A DNA stretch of 64,000 nt, from the NCBI GenBank assembly GCA_031411295.1, contig JANOAV010000057.1, positions 4,379 to 68,378 on the forward strand, in the 5' to 3' direction. The DNA comes from Verrucomicrobiales bacterium. GTDB taxonomy: Bacteria > Verrucomicrobiota > Verrucomicrobiia > Verrucomicrobiales > V1-33. Shown here piece by piece: positions 38,167 to 47,637 of the stretch. Position 1 is the first letter of the stretch; every line of letters begins with the position of its first letter. Position numbers and translations under genes: made by a program. The notes beneath the pieces were generated by a model. It ran no database searches, was not told where the DNA came from, and was given only the letters and a program-made list of their open reading frames with translations.

Positions 38167-38889
38167 ATGGATTTTCCTGTCACTATCTGGACTCTCATTC
38201 ATCAAGCGCACCTGAATGGCAATACCGCTGCCCGCAGCGCCTTGGAAACGTTTTGTGAACAGTATCGACAGCCCGTAATCCAATTCCTGCGGCAACGTAA
38301 GGTGCTGGAGAATCGCGTTGAAGACATGGCCCATGATTTCCTGCTTCATCTCATGGAAAACGATGCCCTGCGGCGGGCCAACCCTGCCCGGGGCCGCTTC
38401 CGCACCTATCTACTAGCCGCTCTGCGAAACTTCATGGCCTCGGACATCGCGCACCAGAATGCCGGCAAGCGTGGGGGCGGAGCCAATCACCTCAGCATCG
38501 ACCTCCCGGACGTGGCCGATTTCCTGGCCGACCCGGCAGATCCTGAAGTTACCTCCCATGACCAAGCCTGGGCGGTTAACCTCATCACCGTCAGTTATCA
38601 AGCACTCGAGCAGGAACTCATCGCCAAAGGCAAAAGCGAACGCCTCGCAGCGCTGAAAAGTTTCGTGCTGCCAGGCCGCGCGCTCCCGTCGATGCTGGAA
38701 GTTGCCCAGGAACTGAATCTGGAGGAAGGGGCCGTGCGCACCGAGATTTCCCGCTACCGCAAACGCTTGCGCGAACTCTTCCGTGACGAGGTCGCCCGCA
38801 CCGTCGTGTCCGACACCGAGATCGAGGACGAAATCCACTACCTCCAGCAGGTCCTTACCAACCCAAGGGTTCCCATGCCCGAAGCGTAA
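38167..38889 (+). CDS. ECF-type sigma-70 family RNA polymerase sigma factor
   Basis: ATG at 38167. Sigma-2-like 'AHDFLLHLME...FRTYLLAALRNF' and a sigma-4 HTH 'EVAQELNLEEGAVRTEISRYRKRLRELF'. Confidence 0.75.
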   Translation: MDFPVTIWTLIHQAHLNGNTAARSALETFCEQYRQPVIQFLRQRKVLENRVEDMAHDFLLHLMENDALRRANPARGRFRTYLLAALRNFMASDIAHQNAGKRGGGANHLSIDLPDVADFLADPADPEVTSHDQAWAVNLITVSYQALEQELIAKGKSERLAALKSFVLPGRALPSMLEVAQELNLEEGAVRTEISRYRKRLRELFRDEVARTVVSDTEIEDEIHYLQQVLTNPRVPMPEA

Positions 38890-38999
38890 ATATCACCCGC
38901 CGCAAGAAACTTAGTAACACTGCCAGGAAAAATCCGTATTACTAAGAGAATAACAGCTGATCACTACCACCTGCGCGCGACTTCGCTGCGCCTCGATTC

Positions 39000-41978
39000 A
39001 TGGAAACCAACTGCCAACAGTGCGGCCAGGCCCTCATAGCGGGTCCAGGAGAATCCATGTTCTGCGCCAGTTGCGCCATGAACGACTTCCTGAACGAAGC
39101 CGCGGACGTGCCCACCCTCGTTGCCAGCGCCCCAGTCTCCGCCAAAGGCCGGGCCGTCATCGAAGGCCACGAACTTATCGAAGAACTCGCCCGCGGCGGC
39201 ATGGGTGTCGTTTACAAAGCCCGTCAACTCAGCCCGCGGCGGGATGTCGCCCTCAAAATGCTCCTGCCCGTGGGGGACAAGCTGGACGAATTCCGGGAAC
39301 GCTTCAGATTAGAAGCCCGCGCCCTGGCCGAGTTGGACCACCCGAGTATTCTGCCACTCTACGTGGCCGGAGAGCATGAAGGCATGCCCTTCTTCACCAT
39401 GAAACTGGCCCTCGGCGGTTCCCTGGCGCAATTACTCAAGGCCGGCAAGAAGCTCGATTTCAAGACCATCGCCAACCTCATCGCCACCTTGGGGGAAGCC
39501 GTCTTTTACGCCAACCAGCGCGGCATCCTCCATCGGGACATCAAACCCGGCAACATCCTCTTCGACGAAAACCAGCAACCCTTCCTGGCCGACTTCGGAC
39601 TCGCCAAATTAATCGGCGGAGATCCCGCCAACACCATGTCCATGGCCGCCATGGGCACCCCCTGCTACATGGCCCCGGAAGTCGCCACCCACGGAGCCAA
39701 ATCCGCCACCGCCAGCAGCGACGTTTACGGCCTCGGAGCCGTCCTCTACGAACTCCTGGCCGGCAAGCCCCCCTTCCAAGTCGAAGGCCTCGGAGCCATC
39801 CTCAAAAAAGTAGCCGAAGAAGCCCCCGAAGCCCCCTCCACCCTCGCCAAAGGCGTCCCACGCGACCTCGAAGTCATCTGCCTAACCTGCCTCGCCAAAG
39901 ACCCCAAAAAGCGCTACAGCACCGCCCAAGCCCTCTCCGAAGACCTCCAACGCTGGCTCCACGGAGAGCCCATCACCGCCCGCCGCGTCGGCCCCGCCGA
40001 ACGCCTCTGGTCCTGGGCCAAACGTCATCCAGGGTTGGCAGGCATGAGCGCTGCGCTGCTGGTGACACTGAGTGCGGGGAGCGCGTGGCTGTGGGTGCAG
40101 AACTTGAGACTGGATGCGGCACTCGTAAAGGAAAGCCAAGCCAAGCGGGAGGCCCTCCAGAATAATTTGGCATTACAAGACCGAATCGAGTTCCTAACTG
40201 GTGATTTTGCGGACTACATGGAGAGCATAGGAAGGATCGATCTATTGGAGATGGTCTGGAAGGACTTAGACAAAACCTATTCTTTGGGGGCTAACTTGAA
40301 CGTTGCGGCATCCGGACAACTCAGGAGAAGCAGGCTGCTCTCCCGATGGAGTCGCGCTCAACAATTACAAGGCGAGTCTCAATCAGCTGTCGAGTTAGCC
40401 CAACGAGCCGTGGATGCGGTGGCCGACGCTTCGACATTGCCAGATTATGACACCCAGCAAGGAATAGAAGCGCTTGGGACAGCAAAGATTGCAATGGCTG
40501 AGGCACAAGCCGGACGCGGTGATTTTCAGGCGGCTATGCAAACATTGGATTTTCTAAGCCAAAGTCCGTCAAGTGAGCCGATCCCTTTATTGTCAGCCGA
40601 GGTTGAACTGGCCAAGACAGCCACGATTCTTCGCATTAACTCTAGCAGCGAGATTGGTGAGGAAGCATCGAAGCATGCTGAACTGGCATTGACATCGGCT
40701 CAGCAAGCCTTCCAGTCGAACTCGAAATCAGCAATTTCAATCGAAATACTGGGACGCTCCCTCTTGGCGAAAGCGGAGACAACCCTCGCGAAACTTGGAA
40801 TGATGGACGCACCAGCGATGGCAAATTTTGAGACGTTGAGGGCCAATGCACCACTATCATTATACAAAAATGCCGCAGAATTCCTAGCCAATGCGATGAA
40901 GGAGACGCCAAAAAACTCTAGCCTGACACGACACTATAATGATGCAGTAAGTAGTCAGATCTACATCCTAAACCGGATGCCCGGAAGGGAAATGGAGGCT
41001 GAGCAATCGTTGCGAGCTAATGTGGCAAGGCTGAAGTTATTGGCTGACCAAGACCCATTAAACTGGCGCTGGAAACTCGACTTGGCTGATGCTTACTCTG
41101 CATCAGCCACATTATTTCGTCGGAAGGGTGAATTACCCGAGGAATTAAGTAGTCGAACTCAATCCTGTGAGACGGCTAGGCTTGCCCTCGAAGCTGCTCC
41201 TGAGGGATATCGCCCCTCCCTATTGGTTATCCGGTCGGAGAAAGCACTTGGGGAGTTGCACCTCAAGCAGGGTAATGTGGATGCTGGAAAACGTTCATTC
41301 GAGATCTCCCTCCAAACAGCTCATGGATTGTTGGCTCGTCACGGACACAAGCTTACCGAGGTTCTTGGCTACAAAAAGGTCATGGAAGAAATGCTCGGTG
41401 AGCTTGCCAAGGTTTCCCCTGACGCGGGAATTGAACTGTCCCGCCGCGAAATGAGTTGGATTGAGGAATTTGGCGGCACCTCCCCCAGCAGCCCGTGGGT
41501 TTACGCCGCAGCAGCTGCGCAACGTCGCCTTGCCAGTGCGCACAAAGCACGGGGCGATTTTGCAGAAGCAATGAATTACACCCAGCAAGCCCTGCTTAAA
41601 CGGGTAGCGCTCCTGCGGCAGACTTGGGAACCTGAGCGGCTTGATGGCGATGTCTGGCACGGCTATCAAGAAATGGCGAAATTGCAAGTGCACGAAAACA
41701 TGATTACAGAAGCCCTGGAAACGGCCGAGCAAGCCCTGGCAATACGCAGGGAATTCCCCCACCTAAAGAGCAGCCGCCATCAATGGTGCGCCCCCTTATT
41801 GGAAGTGTTGAACAAGGCCCTCTCAACTGGAGGTCCTACCACCGTGCGGGCTGAAAGTATAGCAGGATTGGCTTACGACCTTCTCTACGGCCCCGATCAG
41901 CCAAAAATTGAGAGCGCGGAGGACCAACTAGCTGCCGGGATTTTAGAAAAGTCGAGGAAGTTGCCAGCAGAACCATAA
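39000..41978 (+). CDS. Membrane Ser/Thr protein kinase (Hanks type): N-terminal zinc ribbon, one TM helix, ~620-aa helical/TPR-like extracytoplasmic region
   Basis: CxxC...CxxC 'CQQCGQ...CASCA'. Kinase motifs 'GGMGVVYKA', 'VALKML', 'HRDIKPGNIL', 'DFGLAK', 'YMAPE'. TM 'GLAGMSAALLVTLSAGSAWLWV'. Confidence 0.9.
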   Translation: METNCQQCGQALIAGPGESMFCASCAMNDFLNEAADVPTLVASAPVSAKGRAVIEGHELIEELARGGMGVVYKARQLSPRRDVALKMLLPVGDKLDEFRERFRLEARALAELDHPSILPLYVAGEHEGMPFFTMKLALGGSLAQLLKAGKKLDFKTIANLIATLGEAVFYANQRGILHRDIKPGNILFDENQQPFLADFGLAKLIGGDPANTMSMAAMGTPCYMAPEVATHGAKSATASSDVYGLGAVLYELLAGKPPFQVEGLGAILKKVAEEAPEAPSTLAKGVPRDLEVICLTCLAKDPKKRYSTAQALSEDLQRWLHGEPITARRVGPAERLWSWAKRHPGLAGMSAALLVTLSAGSAWLWVQNLRLDAALVKESQAKREALQNNLALQDRIEFLTGDFADYMESIGRIDLLEMVWKDLDKTYSLGANLNVAASGQLRRSRLLSRWSRAQQLQGESQSAVELAQRAVDAVADASTLPDYDTQQGIEALGTAKIAMAEAQAGRGDFQAAMQTLDFLSQSPSSEPIPLLSAEVELAKTATILRINSSSEIGEEASKHAELALTSAQQAFQSNSKSAISIEILGRSLLAKAETTLAKLGMMDAPAMANFETLRANAPLSLYKNAAEFLANAMKETPKNSSLTRHYNDAVSSQIYILNRMPGREMEAEQSLRANVARLKLLADQDPLNWRWKLDLADAYSASATLFRRKGELPEELSSRTQSCETARLALEAAPEGYRPSLLVIRSEKALGELHLKQGNVDAGKRSFEISLQTAHGLLARHGHKLTEVLGYKKVMEEMLGELAKVSPDAGIELSRREMSWIEEFGGTSPSSPWVYAAAAAQRRLASAHKARGDFAEAMNYTQQALLKRVALLRQTWEPERLDGDVWHGYQEMAKLQVHENMITEALETAEQALAIRREFPHLKSSRHQWCAPLLEVLNKALSTGGPTTVRAESIAGLAYDLLYGPDQPKIESAEDQLAAGILEKSRKLPAEP

Positions 41979-41998
41979 CACTACACCCCAGCCATCTC

Positions 41999-43186
41999 GT
42001 GAATCAATCCTTTCCTTTCCACCAACAAGACTGCGCTAATACCTGCGGCCCCGCCTGCGTAATGATGGCGCTGGAGGCGTTAGGTGCTGCGACCACGAGG
42101 ACGCAACAGGAACTATTGTTGAGCACTGGGGTGACCACAGATGCCAACGGGAATTGGTCAAGTGCACCCGACGGGATCGGACGCACCATGAATTCTCTGT
42201 TAGGGACCAGTGCCATCGGCTATGAAGTAAAAGCCTATAGGTTCGACGATCTAAACTCCCTTGAGCTAGTCCATGAAATCGTTGAGAGGACTACAGAGGC
42301 GATGCAGGCAACCAATGCCCCTGCTTTTATCCTAGTGGATGACACATCGCACTGGATTTTGCTGGAGGCAGCTAGGTGGGACGGCGCGTGGGAGTTATTC
42401 ACCTCCGATCCTTTCTCAGGGGTAGAAGGCTGCTTGAGTCCTCTTCCAACCCATGGAGTTAGCCCGTGCGGCGCGTGCGGTCTGGGGGGGCTCACGCCAG
42501 CAACAGAAGAAACCCTGTGGAGTAAAATGACCGTTGTTTCGCTTGGAGATAATTGGAGAAATCACTATGTGGTAGTAACTCCGGTGCGTCGATCTGCGGG
42601 TGCGGGCCTAGGTAAGAAAAGAATCGAGTTCATCGCCAAACACCTGCGAGAGAGAATCAACTTGGATATTCCCCTGGCAGCTCCGCAACCTCGCCCTGGA
42701 CCAATCCTCAGCACCGGAATATGGCAGCAGCTACCTCGAAGCCTTCAGTCGGCCCTCTTGGAAGGAAAAATTGAGAAGCGATGGAAAGTTCGTCGCAGCG
42801 GAACGGCAGCATTAGGCTATGAAATTGTCCAACTCGCCTCCTCCAAACTTGGGGACACCTACGCGCTGGCGATTGTTGAAGAGGGCATGCTGCATGACTT
42901 GCGCCTAATTCAAAAAGGGAGCAAGCTGGAGAAACAACTGCTGCCAGTGGAGGCCAGCAAGGAGGAGTTATTGCAGAAACTCAAGCAGCAGCTTCCTCAA
43001 GAGCAAGCAGCTAAGGTATCTCCAGAGACCGTTGAAATCGCTAACGGATTCGAGTGGCGATCCTCCGCCGCAACACCTTCAAAATTCCGCCCATTTTATT
43101 CCCTGCGACTAGCGGATAAAACTTACTACCTCACCAAAGAATTTCGCCTACTCACCGAGCTGCCGCCAGGCCGACAAGGTAACTGA
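41999..43186 (+). CDS. Cytoplasmic C39-like (papain-fold) cysteine peptidase domain protein with unknown C-terminal half
   Basis: GTG start 20 nt after the kinase stop. 'HQQDCANTCGPACVMMALEALG' (Gln/Cys) and 'DDTSHWILLEAA...TSDP' (His/Asp) fit the C39-like pattern. No signal peptide. Confidence 0.6.
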   Translation: MNQSFPFHQQDCANTCGPACVMMALEALGAATTRTQQELLLSTGVTTDANGNWSSAPDGIGRTMNSLLGTSAIGYEVKAYRFDDLNSLELVHEIVERTTEAMQATNAPAFILVDDTSHWILLEAARWDGAWELFTSDPFSGVEGCLSPLPTHGVSPCGACGLGGLTPATEETLWSKMTVVSLGDNWRNHYVVVTPVRRSAGAGLGKKRIEFIAKHLRERINLDIPLAAPQPRPGPILSTGIWQQLPRSLQSALLEGKIEKRWKVRRSGTAALGYEIVQLASSKLGDTYALAIVEEGMLHDLRLIQKGSKLEKQLLPVEASKEELLQKLKQQLPQEQAAKVSPETVEIANGFEWRSSAATPSKFRPFYSLRLADKTYYLTKEFRLLTELPPGRQGN

Positions 43187-43257
43187 ATCTGCTCTGGGCG
43201 AACTACGGAATTCACCCGCAATTAAACAACAAACAACAAACAACCAAAACCAAAATT

Positions 43258-43956
43258 ATGACAAAATATTATGCAGCAGTTACCGCAACGTTAGACGCGT
43301 TGCTTTTGCTGAATCCTATGCCTACCCTAGACAGGGATCTTGTGAACGTGTGGCTGAATGGAAATGGCACAGCTGCTACGCCTGGTATAAAAAACTTGGT
43401 CGCAACGCTGAAGACCAAAATAGCAGACCTCAAACGGCAAAAGAAAACACTGAAGCGAGCCTATCGGCTAGGGGCTTTGGGCTTGGTGCAGCGGCTTGCG
43501 AATATCTCGCCCGTCAGCGGAGCCAGATGCAATGCGCTTGACTTACTGTTGGCCAACTCCACGTGGACGGGTGCCCCTATGGCTGGGCGCGATTCACTCG
43601 AGTTTTATTCTGGCGGGGGCGCACCGCCAGTGAATTATTTGGAACTCAAAAACTATTTTGATAAATTAGAAGACGCACGCAAGGCTGCCGTTGAGGTTAT
43701 TACTCACCTCAGAGGAGATACGGCTCTGAACCAAACCAATCCAGGTGAGTTGGCTGATGCGCTGGACAGGATTCTCAACGGCCCCACGGCCATCAATTCT
43801 GACCTGCGCGACGAAATGAAGGACCTTATTGTTGCCATGAAACACCATATGGCAGTCAAAGGGCAATTCGGTGGCGGAAATGGCGAAAACTCGTCCTATT
43901 GGCCCAGTTCCTTCATCGCGAGTAGCAGCTCCAGCAGCACGCCGCCGCCTCCGTGA
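43258..43956 (+). CDS. Hypothetical protein ending in FGGG plus a Ser-rich, Pro-capped tail
   Basis: 232-aa ORF behind an (AACAA)n leader. The tail is '...KGQFGGGNGENSSYWPSSFIASSSSSSTPPPP'. Confidence 0.55.
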   Translation: MTKYYAAVTATLDALLLLNPMPTLDRDLVNVWLNGNGTAATPGIKNLVATLKTKIADLKRQKKTLKRAYRLGALGLVQRLANISPVSGARCNALDLLLANSTWTGAPMAGRDSLEFYSGGGAPPVNYLELKNYFDKLEDARKAAVEVITHLRGDTALNQTNPGELADALDRILNGPTAINSDLRDEMKDLIVAMKHHMAVKGQFGGGNGENSSYWPSSFIASSSSSSTPPPP

Positions 43957-43983
43957 CTAAGACGGCCGGCATTGGCGTGCCGC

Positions 43984-45093
43984 TCATTTTCCAAACACCG
44001 CCCGCCACCACATGCGGTGCTCTTTGGCATTACACAAGTGTTCCACGGCCCAGTTTCTGGTGCCGTGGGACATTTGTTTTAGGAGCGCGCGGTCTTGTTG
44101 GAGGGCTCGGGCGTAGTGGCCGTAGTCGGCGTTGGTGTTGCAGAGGTAGCCGGAGACTTCGTGTTGCACGAGGTTTTCGAGATGGTGGCCGTTGCCTCTG
44201 GGGAGGATGGGGACGGCTCCGGTGAGCATGGCTTCGACCACGGCTCGGCCCCAGCTTTCTTTGAACCGGGGGCTGGTGTTATAGACGAGGAGGTCCAGGC
44301 TGTGCAGGAAGTCCACGGTGGGAATGCTGGCGGGTTCCAGGAGTTCCCAGCGGCTGTCGAATTCGTGGTGGCTCCAGCGGCTGGTGAGGTCCTCGCTCCA
44401 GGCCATGACGCGAAATTTCACGGGGTCGGTGAGTCCCAGACGCTCGTAGAATTTAGGGAAGTCATCGGGAAATTTACTGGGGTCCGGGCGGGAGAGTCGG
44501 CCGATGGTGAACGGTCGGTTTTCCGACTGCCAATGACCCCGCTCACGGAAGGGAAAGAGCGCAGGATCAATGTAATTTCCTGTCATTACCCAAGGCAGCG
44601 TGTTGTCCCCCACTTGCATGACTCCGGACCAATCGGTGGATGATGCGATCGCTGGTTCCGGGGAGATTTCTCCTCCCAGCATTTTGACATAACCGGGTTC
44701 CAGTTCCCGGCGTTGGGCGGGGGAAACGTAGAGCACCTTATCGATCAGACCGCTTTGCACGGCGGCGGCTTCGCCCTTGAAGTGCCACATCATTTCGCTG
44801 CTCCAGGCGATCTTCAGGCCGCGTCGCTTCATTTCAGCGGCCATGCCGTTGTCGAGGAAGGGGCCATTGCACAGTGCAATCGCCCAGCCTTCGAGTTGTT
44901 CCGGTAGCTCGGACATCAGCTTGATGTCCACGCCGAGCGCCCGCACTTCGGCGGTCCAAGGGGTGTCCAGATACCGTGCTTCATTGGGGATCACAGTGAT
45001 CTCATACTCGGTGTGCAGGAGGCGCAGGAGATGAGAAAACTTCGTGTCCGCGCCCCCGATGGCAGACGGCCAGTTGAACCAGTAAATGTGCAT
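43984..45093 (-). CDS. Glycosyltransferase, GT4/GT1-fold family
   Basis: 'SPRFKESWGRAVVEAMLTGAVPILPRGNGHHLENLVQHEVSGYL' is an E-x7-E type motif. I prefer the start 'MHIYWFNWP' at 45093, although the ORF stays open to 45162. Confidence 0.8.
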   Translation of the reverse strand: MHIYWFNWPSAIGGADTKFSHLLRLLHTEYEITVIPNEARYLDTPWTAEVRALGVDIKLMSELPEQLEGWAIALCNGPFLDNGMAAEMKRRGLKIAWSSEMMWHFKGEAAAVQSGLIDKVLYVSPAQRRELEPGYVKMLGGEISPEPAIASSTDWSGVMQVGDNTLPWVMTGNYIDPALFPFRERGHWQSENRPFTIGRLSRPDPSKFPDDFPKFYERLGLTDPVKFRVMAWSEDLTSRWSHHEFDSRWELLEPASIPTVDFLHSLDLLVYNTSPRFKESWGRAVVEAMLTGAVPILPRGNGHHLENLVQHEVSGYLCNTNADYGHYARALQQDRALLKQMSHGTRNWAVEHLCNAKEHRMWWRAVFGK

Positions 45094-45329
45094 TGAGCAG
45101 TGGTATAGCAGGTTGCTGAGAGGGTGCAATCGTAAGCGTCGGACGATGGTTTTCACGGCCATTTCCCGGCATTGCGCCTCAAAATCCCTTTGTCAGGTGA
45201 CGGCGGCGGGACGCACGCCGCTCCCAGTGGGGGGCAATTATGCTTCAAACTTCCACAAACTAAGAATTATTTGCGACTCCTGCCATTTCGCTTTTGTAAT
45301 TTCCAAAATTGGTCATAAACTTCGCACCC

Positions 45330-46319
45330 ATGTTTAAAAATGCTCGATATCGCGATAAAAAAGTCTGCGTCGTTACTGGCGGTGCAGGATTCCTCGGCTC
45401 CCATCTCACTGACCGATTGCTCAAGGAGGGCTATCGAGTCATTGGGATCGATAATTTGCTGACTGGGTCCACGCGCAACATCGAGCATCTGGCTGGCAAC
45501 GAGAATTATCATTTCATCCACCACGACGTCTCCAACTACATCTTCGTGGAAGGCCGGGTGGACTTCGTGTTCCACTTCGCCTCCCCAGCCAGCCCCATCG
45601 ATTACCTGGAACTGCCGATCCAGACCCTGAAAGTCGGTTCCCTGGGCACCCACAATGCCCTGGGCCTGGCCAAGGCCAAGGGAGCTACTTTCCTGCTGGC
45701 CTCCACCTCCGAGGTCTATGGCGATCCGCTAATCCATCCCCAGAAGGAAGACTACTGGGGCAACGTCAACCCGGTGGGCCCACGCGGCGTCTATGATGAA
45801 GCCAAGCGCTTTGCCGAAGCCATCACCATGGCCTATCATACTTACCATCGGCTCGACACCAAGATCGTCCGCATCTTCAACACCTATGGTCCCCGCATGC
45901 GCTTGGAAGACGGTCGCGTGGTCCCTGCCTTCTGCGGCCAGGCCCTCAAAGGTGAGCCGCTTACCATCCAAGGCGATGGTTCCCAAACCCGCAGTTTCAC
46001 CTACGTGAGCGACCTCATCGACGGCATCTTCCGCTTGGCCCACAGCGAAGAGCATCAGCCTACCAACGTTGGCAACCCGCGGGAAATGAGCATCAAACAA
46101 TTTGCGGATGCCGTCCTCAACATCATCGACTCCCCCGCTGGGATTGCCTATCGCCCACTGCCAGCAGACGATCCCAAAGTGCGCCAACCGGACATCGAGA
46201 AAGCCAAACGCGTCCTCGGGTGGGAACCCAAAGTTCCGTTTGAAGAAGGCATCCTTCCGACCATCGCCTACTTCATCAGCGTCCTGGGAGAAGAGGCCAA
46301 ATGCAAGCTCAAGTCCTAA
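45330..46319 (+). CDS. UDP-glucuronate decarboxylase (UDP-xylose synthase), SDR family
   Basis: '[18 protein letters not shown]', 'STSEVYGDP', 'YDEAKR', '[10 protein letters not shown]'. Confidence 0.9.
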   Translation: MFKNARYRDKKVCVVTGGAGFLGSHLTDRLLKEGYRVIGIDNLLTGSTRNIEHLAGNENYHFIHHDVSNYIFVEGRVDFVFHFASPASPIDYLELPIQTLKVGSLGTHNALGLAKAKGATFLLASTSEVYGDPLIHPQKEDYWGNVNPVGPRGVYDEAKRFAEAITMAYHTYHRLDTKIVRIFNTYGPRMRLEDGRVVPAFCGQALKGEPLTIQGDGSQTRSFTYVSDLIDGIFRLAHSEEHQPTNVGNPREMSIKQFADAVLNIIDSPAGIAYRPLPADDPKVRQPDIEKAKRVLGWEPKVPFEEGILPTIAYFISVLGEEAKCKLKS

Positions 46320-46361
46320 CTCTCTAACCGGAGGGTGGCCTTCCGTCCACCAGTGCCCCGG

Positions 46362-47474
46362 CTACTTCATCTCCATCTTCGCGCCCGGCCGAATCAACGT
46401 CGGCAGGCGCACCGCATCCCAGTTGGCCAACCGCACACAGCCGTGACTCTCGCTACGACCGATCGTGTCGGGTGAACTGGTGCCGTGCAGGCCAATGCCC
46501 GACTTGTTGGTGCCAGCCCAGAGAATCCCCACGGGATTATTTGGACCGGGGGGCAGTTGATAGAATTGCTCACTGCGTTTGCCTTCATTGAGCATGGATT
46601 TATCCCACCGGAACTCAGGCGTGGTGATCATCGTCTGCACCACCCAATTCCCCACATGGATAAATTTCTTCTGCCCCGGCGTAATGGGGAAGCTGGCGAA
46701 CAACCGATCCTTCTCGTCATAAAACGTGGCCACCCGTTCCTTCGTGTCCACCACTACCCGATGCGCGCTCAGCAGTGGGTCCTCTGGAAATTTCTGGCTG
46801 TAAGGGACATGCTCAATACAAAAAGGCGACTTAACATTCGGCACCACGACCAAGTCCCCGGGCTTCAATTTGGAGAAATTAACGTTCGGATTCAGCCGCT
46901 CCAGACAGACTTGGCTGGTGTGAAATTTCTCCCCGACAAACTCTTTGATATCCTTATAGCCCAGATATTTATACTGCGCCTGATCCTCCGGCTTGGCCGG
47001 AAGGCTGGGGACCAGAAACCGAAAGTCATTCTCCCGCAGCCGATAAGTGGCGTAGGTGCTCGTCACCATCCTCCGCGCAGACTGCACAATGACGAACCAA
47101 TTATCCTTCGGCAGTTTGTTCACCTGATTGTAAATCTGCCCGGCCTTCAGCGTGAACTCTCCCATCTCTCCATCAATTTTGCCCGGTCCGAAATTGTTCT
47201 CATCCAGAAAAATCTGCACCCGCGTAATCCCCTCCACGTCCTTGCCGGAAGGAGCGGGGGTAAATTTAGCATCGTCTCTCATTACGCCCAGGCCGGGCGA
47301 TTTTTCCGTTCCTCCAGTCGGCTCGGACGCATCCTCTGGAATCACCCGAGCCACCGGAGGCTTTACCACGTGGGAGACCGCAGGCACCACTTTCGGGGCC
47401 CCATCCTGCGCAAATATAGTCCCCCACCCGAGGAAACAAGCTGTGATAAGAGGATATTGGATTCTGGTCGACAT
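46362..47474 (-). CDS. L,D-transpeptidase (YkuD domain) protein
   Basis: C-terminal 'GIGLHGTSSPDTIGRSESHGCVRLANWDA' carries the catalytic His/Cys signature. N-terminal signal peptide. Confidence 0.85.
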   Translation of the reverse strand: MSTRIQYPLITACFLGWGTIFAQDGAPKVVPAVSHVVKPPVARVIPEDASEPTGGTEKSPGLGVMRDDAKFTPAPSGKDVEGITRVQIFLDENNFGPGKIDGEMGEFTLKAGQIYNQVNKLPKDNWFVIVQSARRMVTSTYATYRLRENDFRFLVPSLPAKPEDQAQYKYLGYKDIKEFVGEKFHTSQVCLERLNPNVNFSKLKPGDLVVVPNVKSPFCIEHVPYSQKFPEDPLLSAHRVVVDTKERVATFYDEKDRLFASFPITPGQKKFIHVGNWVVQTMITTPEFRWDKSMLNEGKRSEQFYQLPPGPNNPVGILWAGTNKSGIGLHGTSSPDTIGRSESHGCVRLANWDAVRLPTLIRPGAKMEMK

Positions 47475-47637
47475 GAACCTTAATTATTAATCATAATTAG
47501 CAAAGGTCAACGCCAAGGAGGGTGGACATTCCATCCCTCTGCGCGATTCACACGCTGGTGGTGTTTGGGCATGAGCAGATTACCGACCGGGACGGTCGTG
47601 CTGCGTCGATGCTGTGTGCATTCTACCAGGGGAGAAC

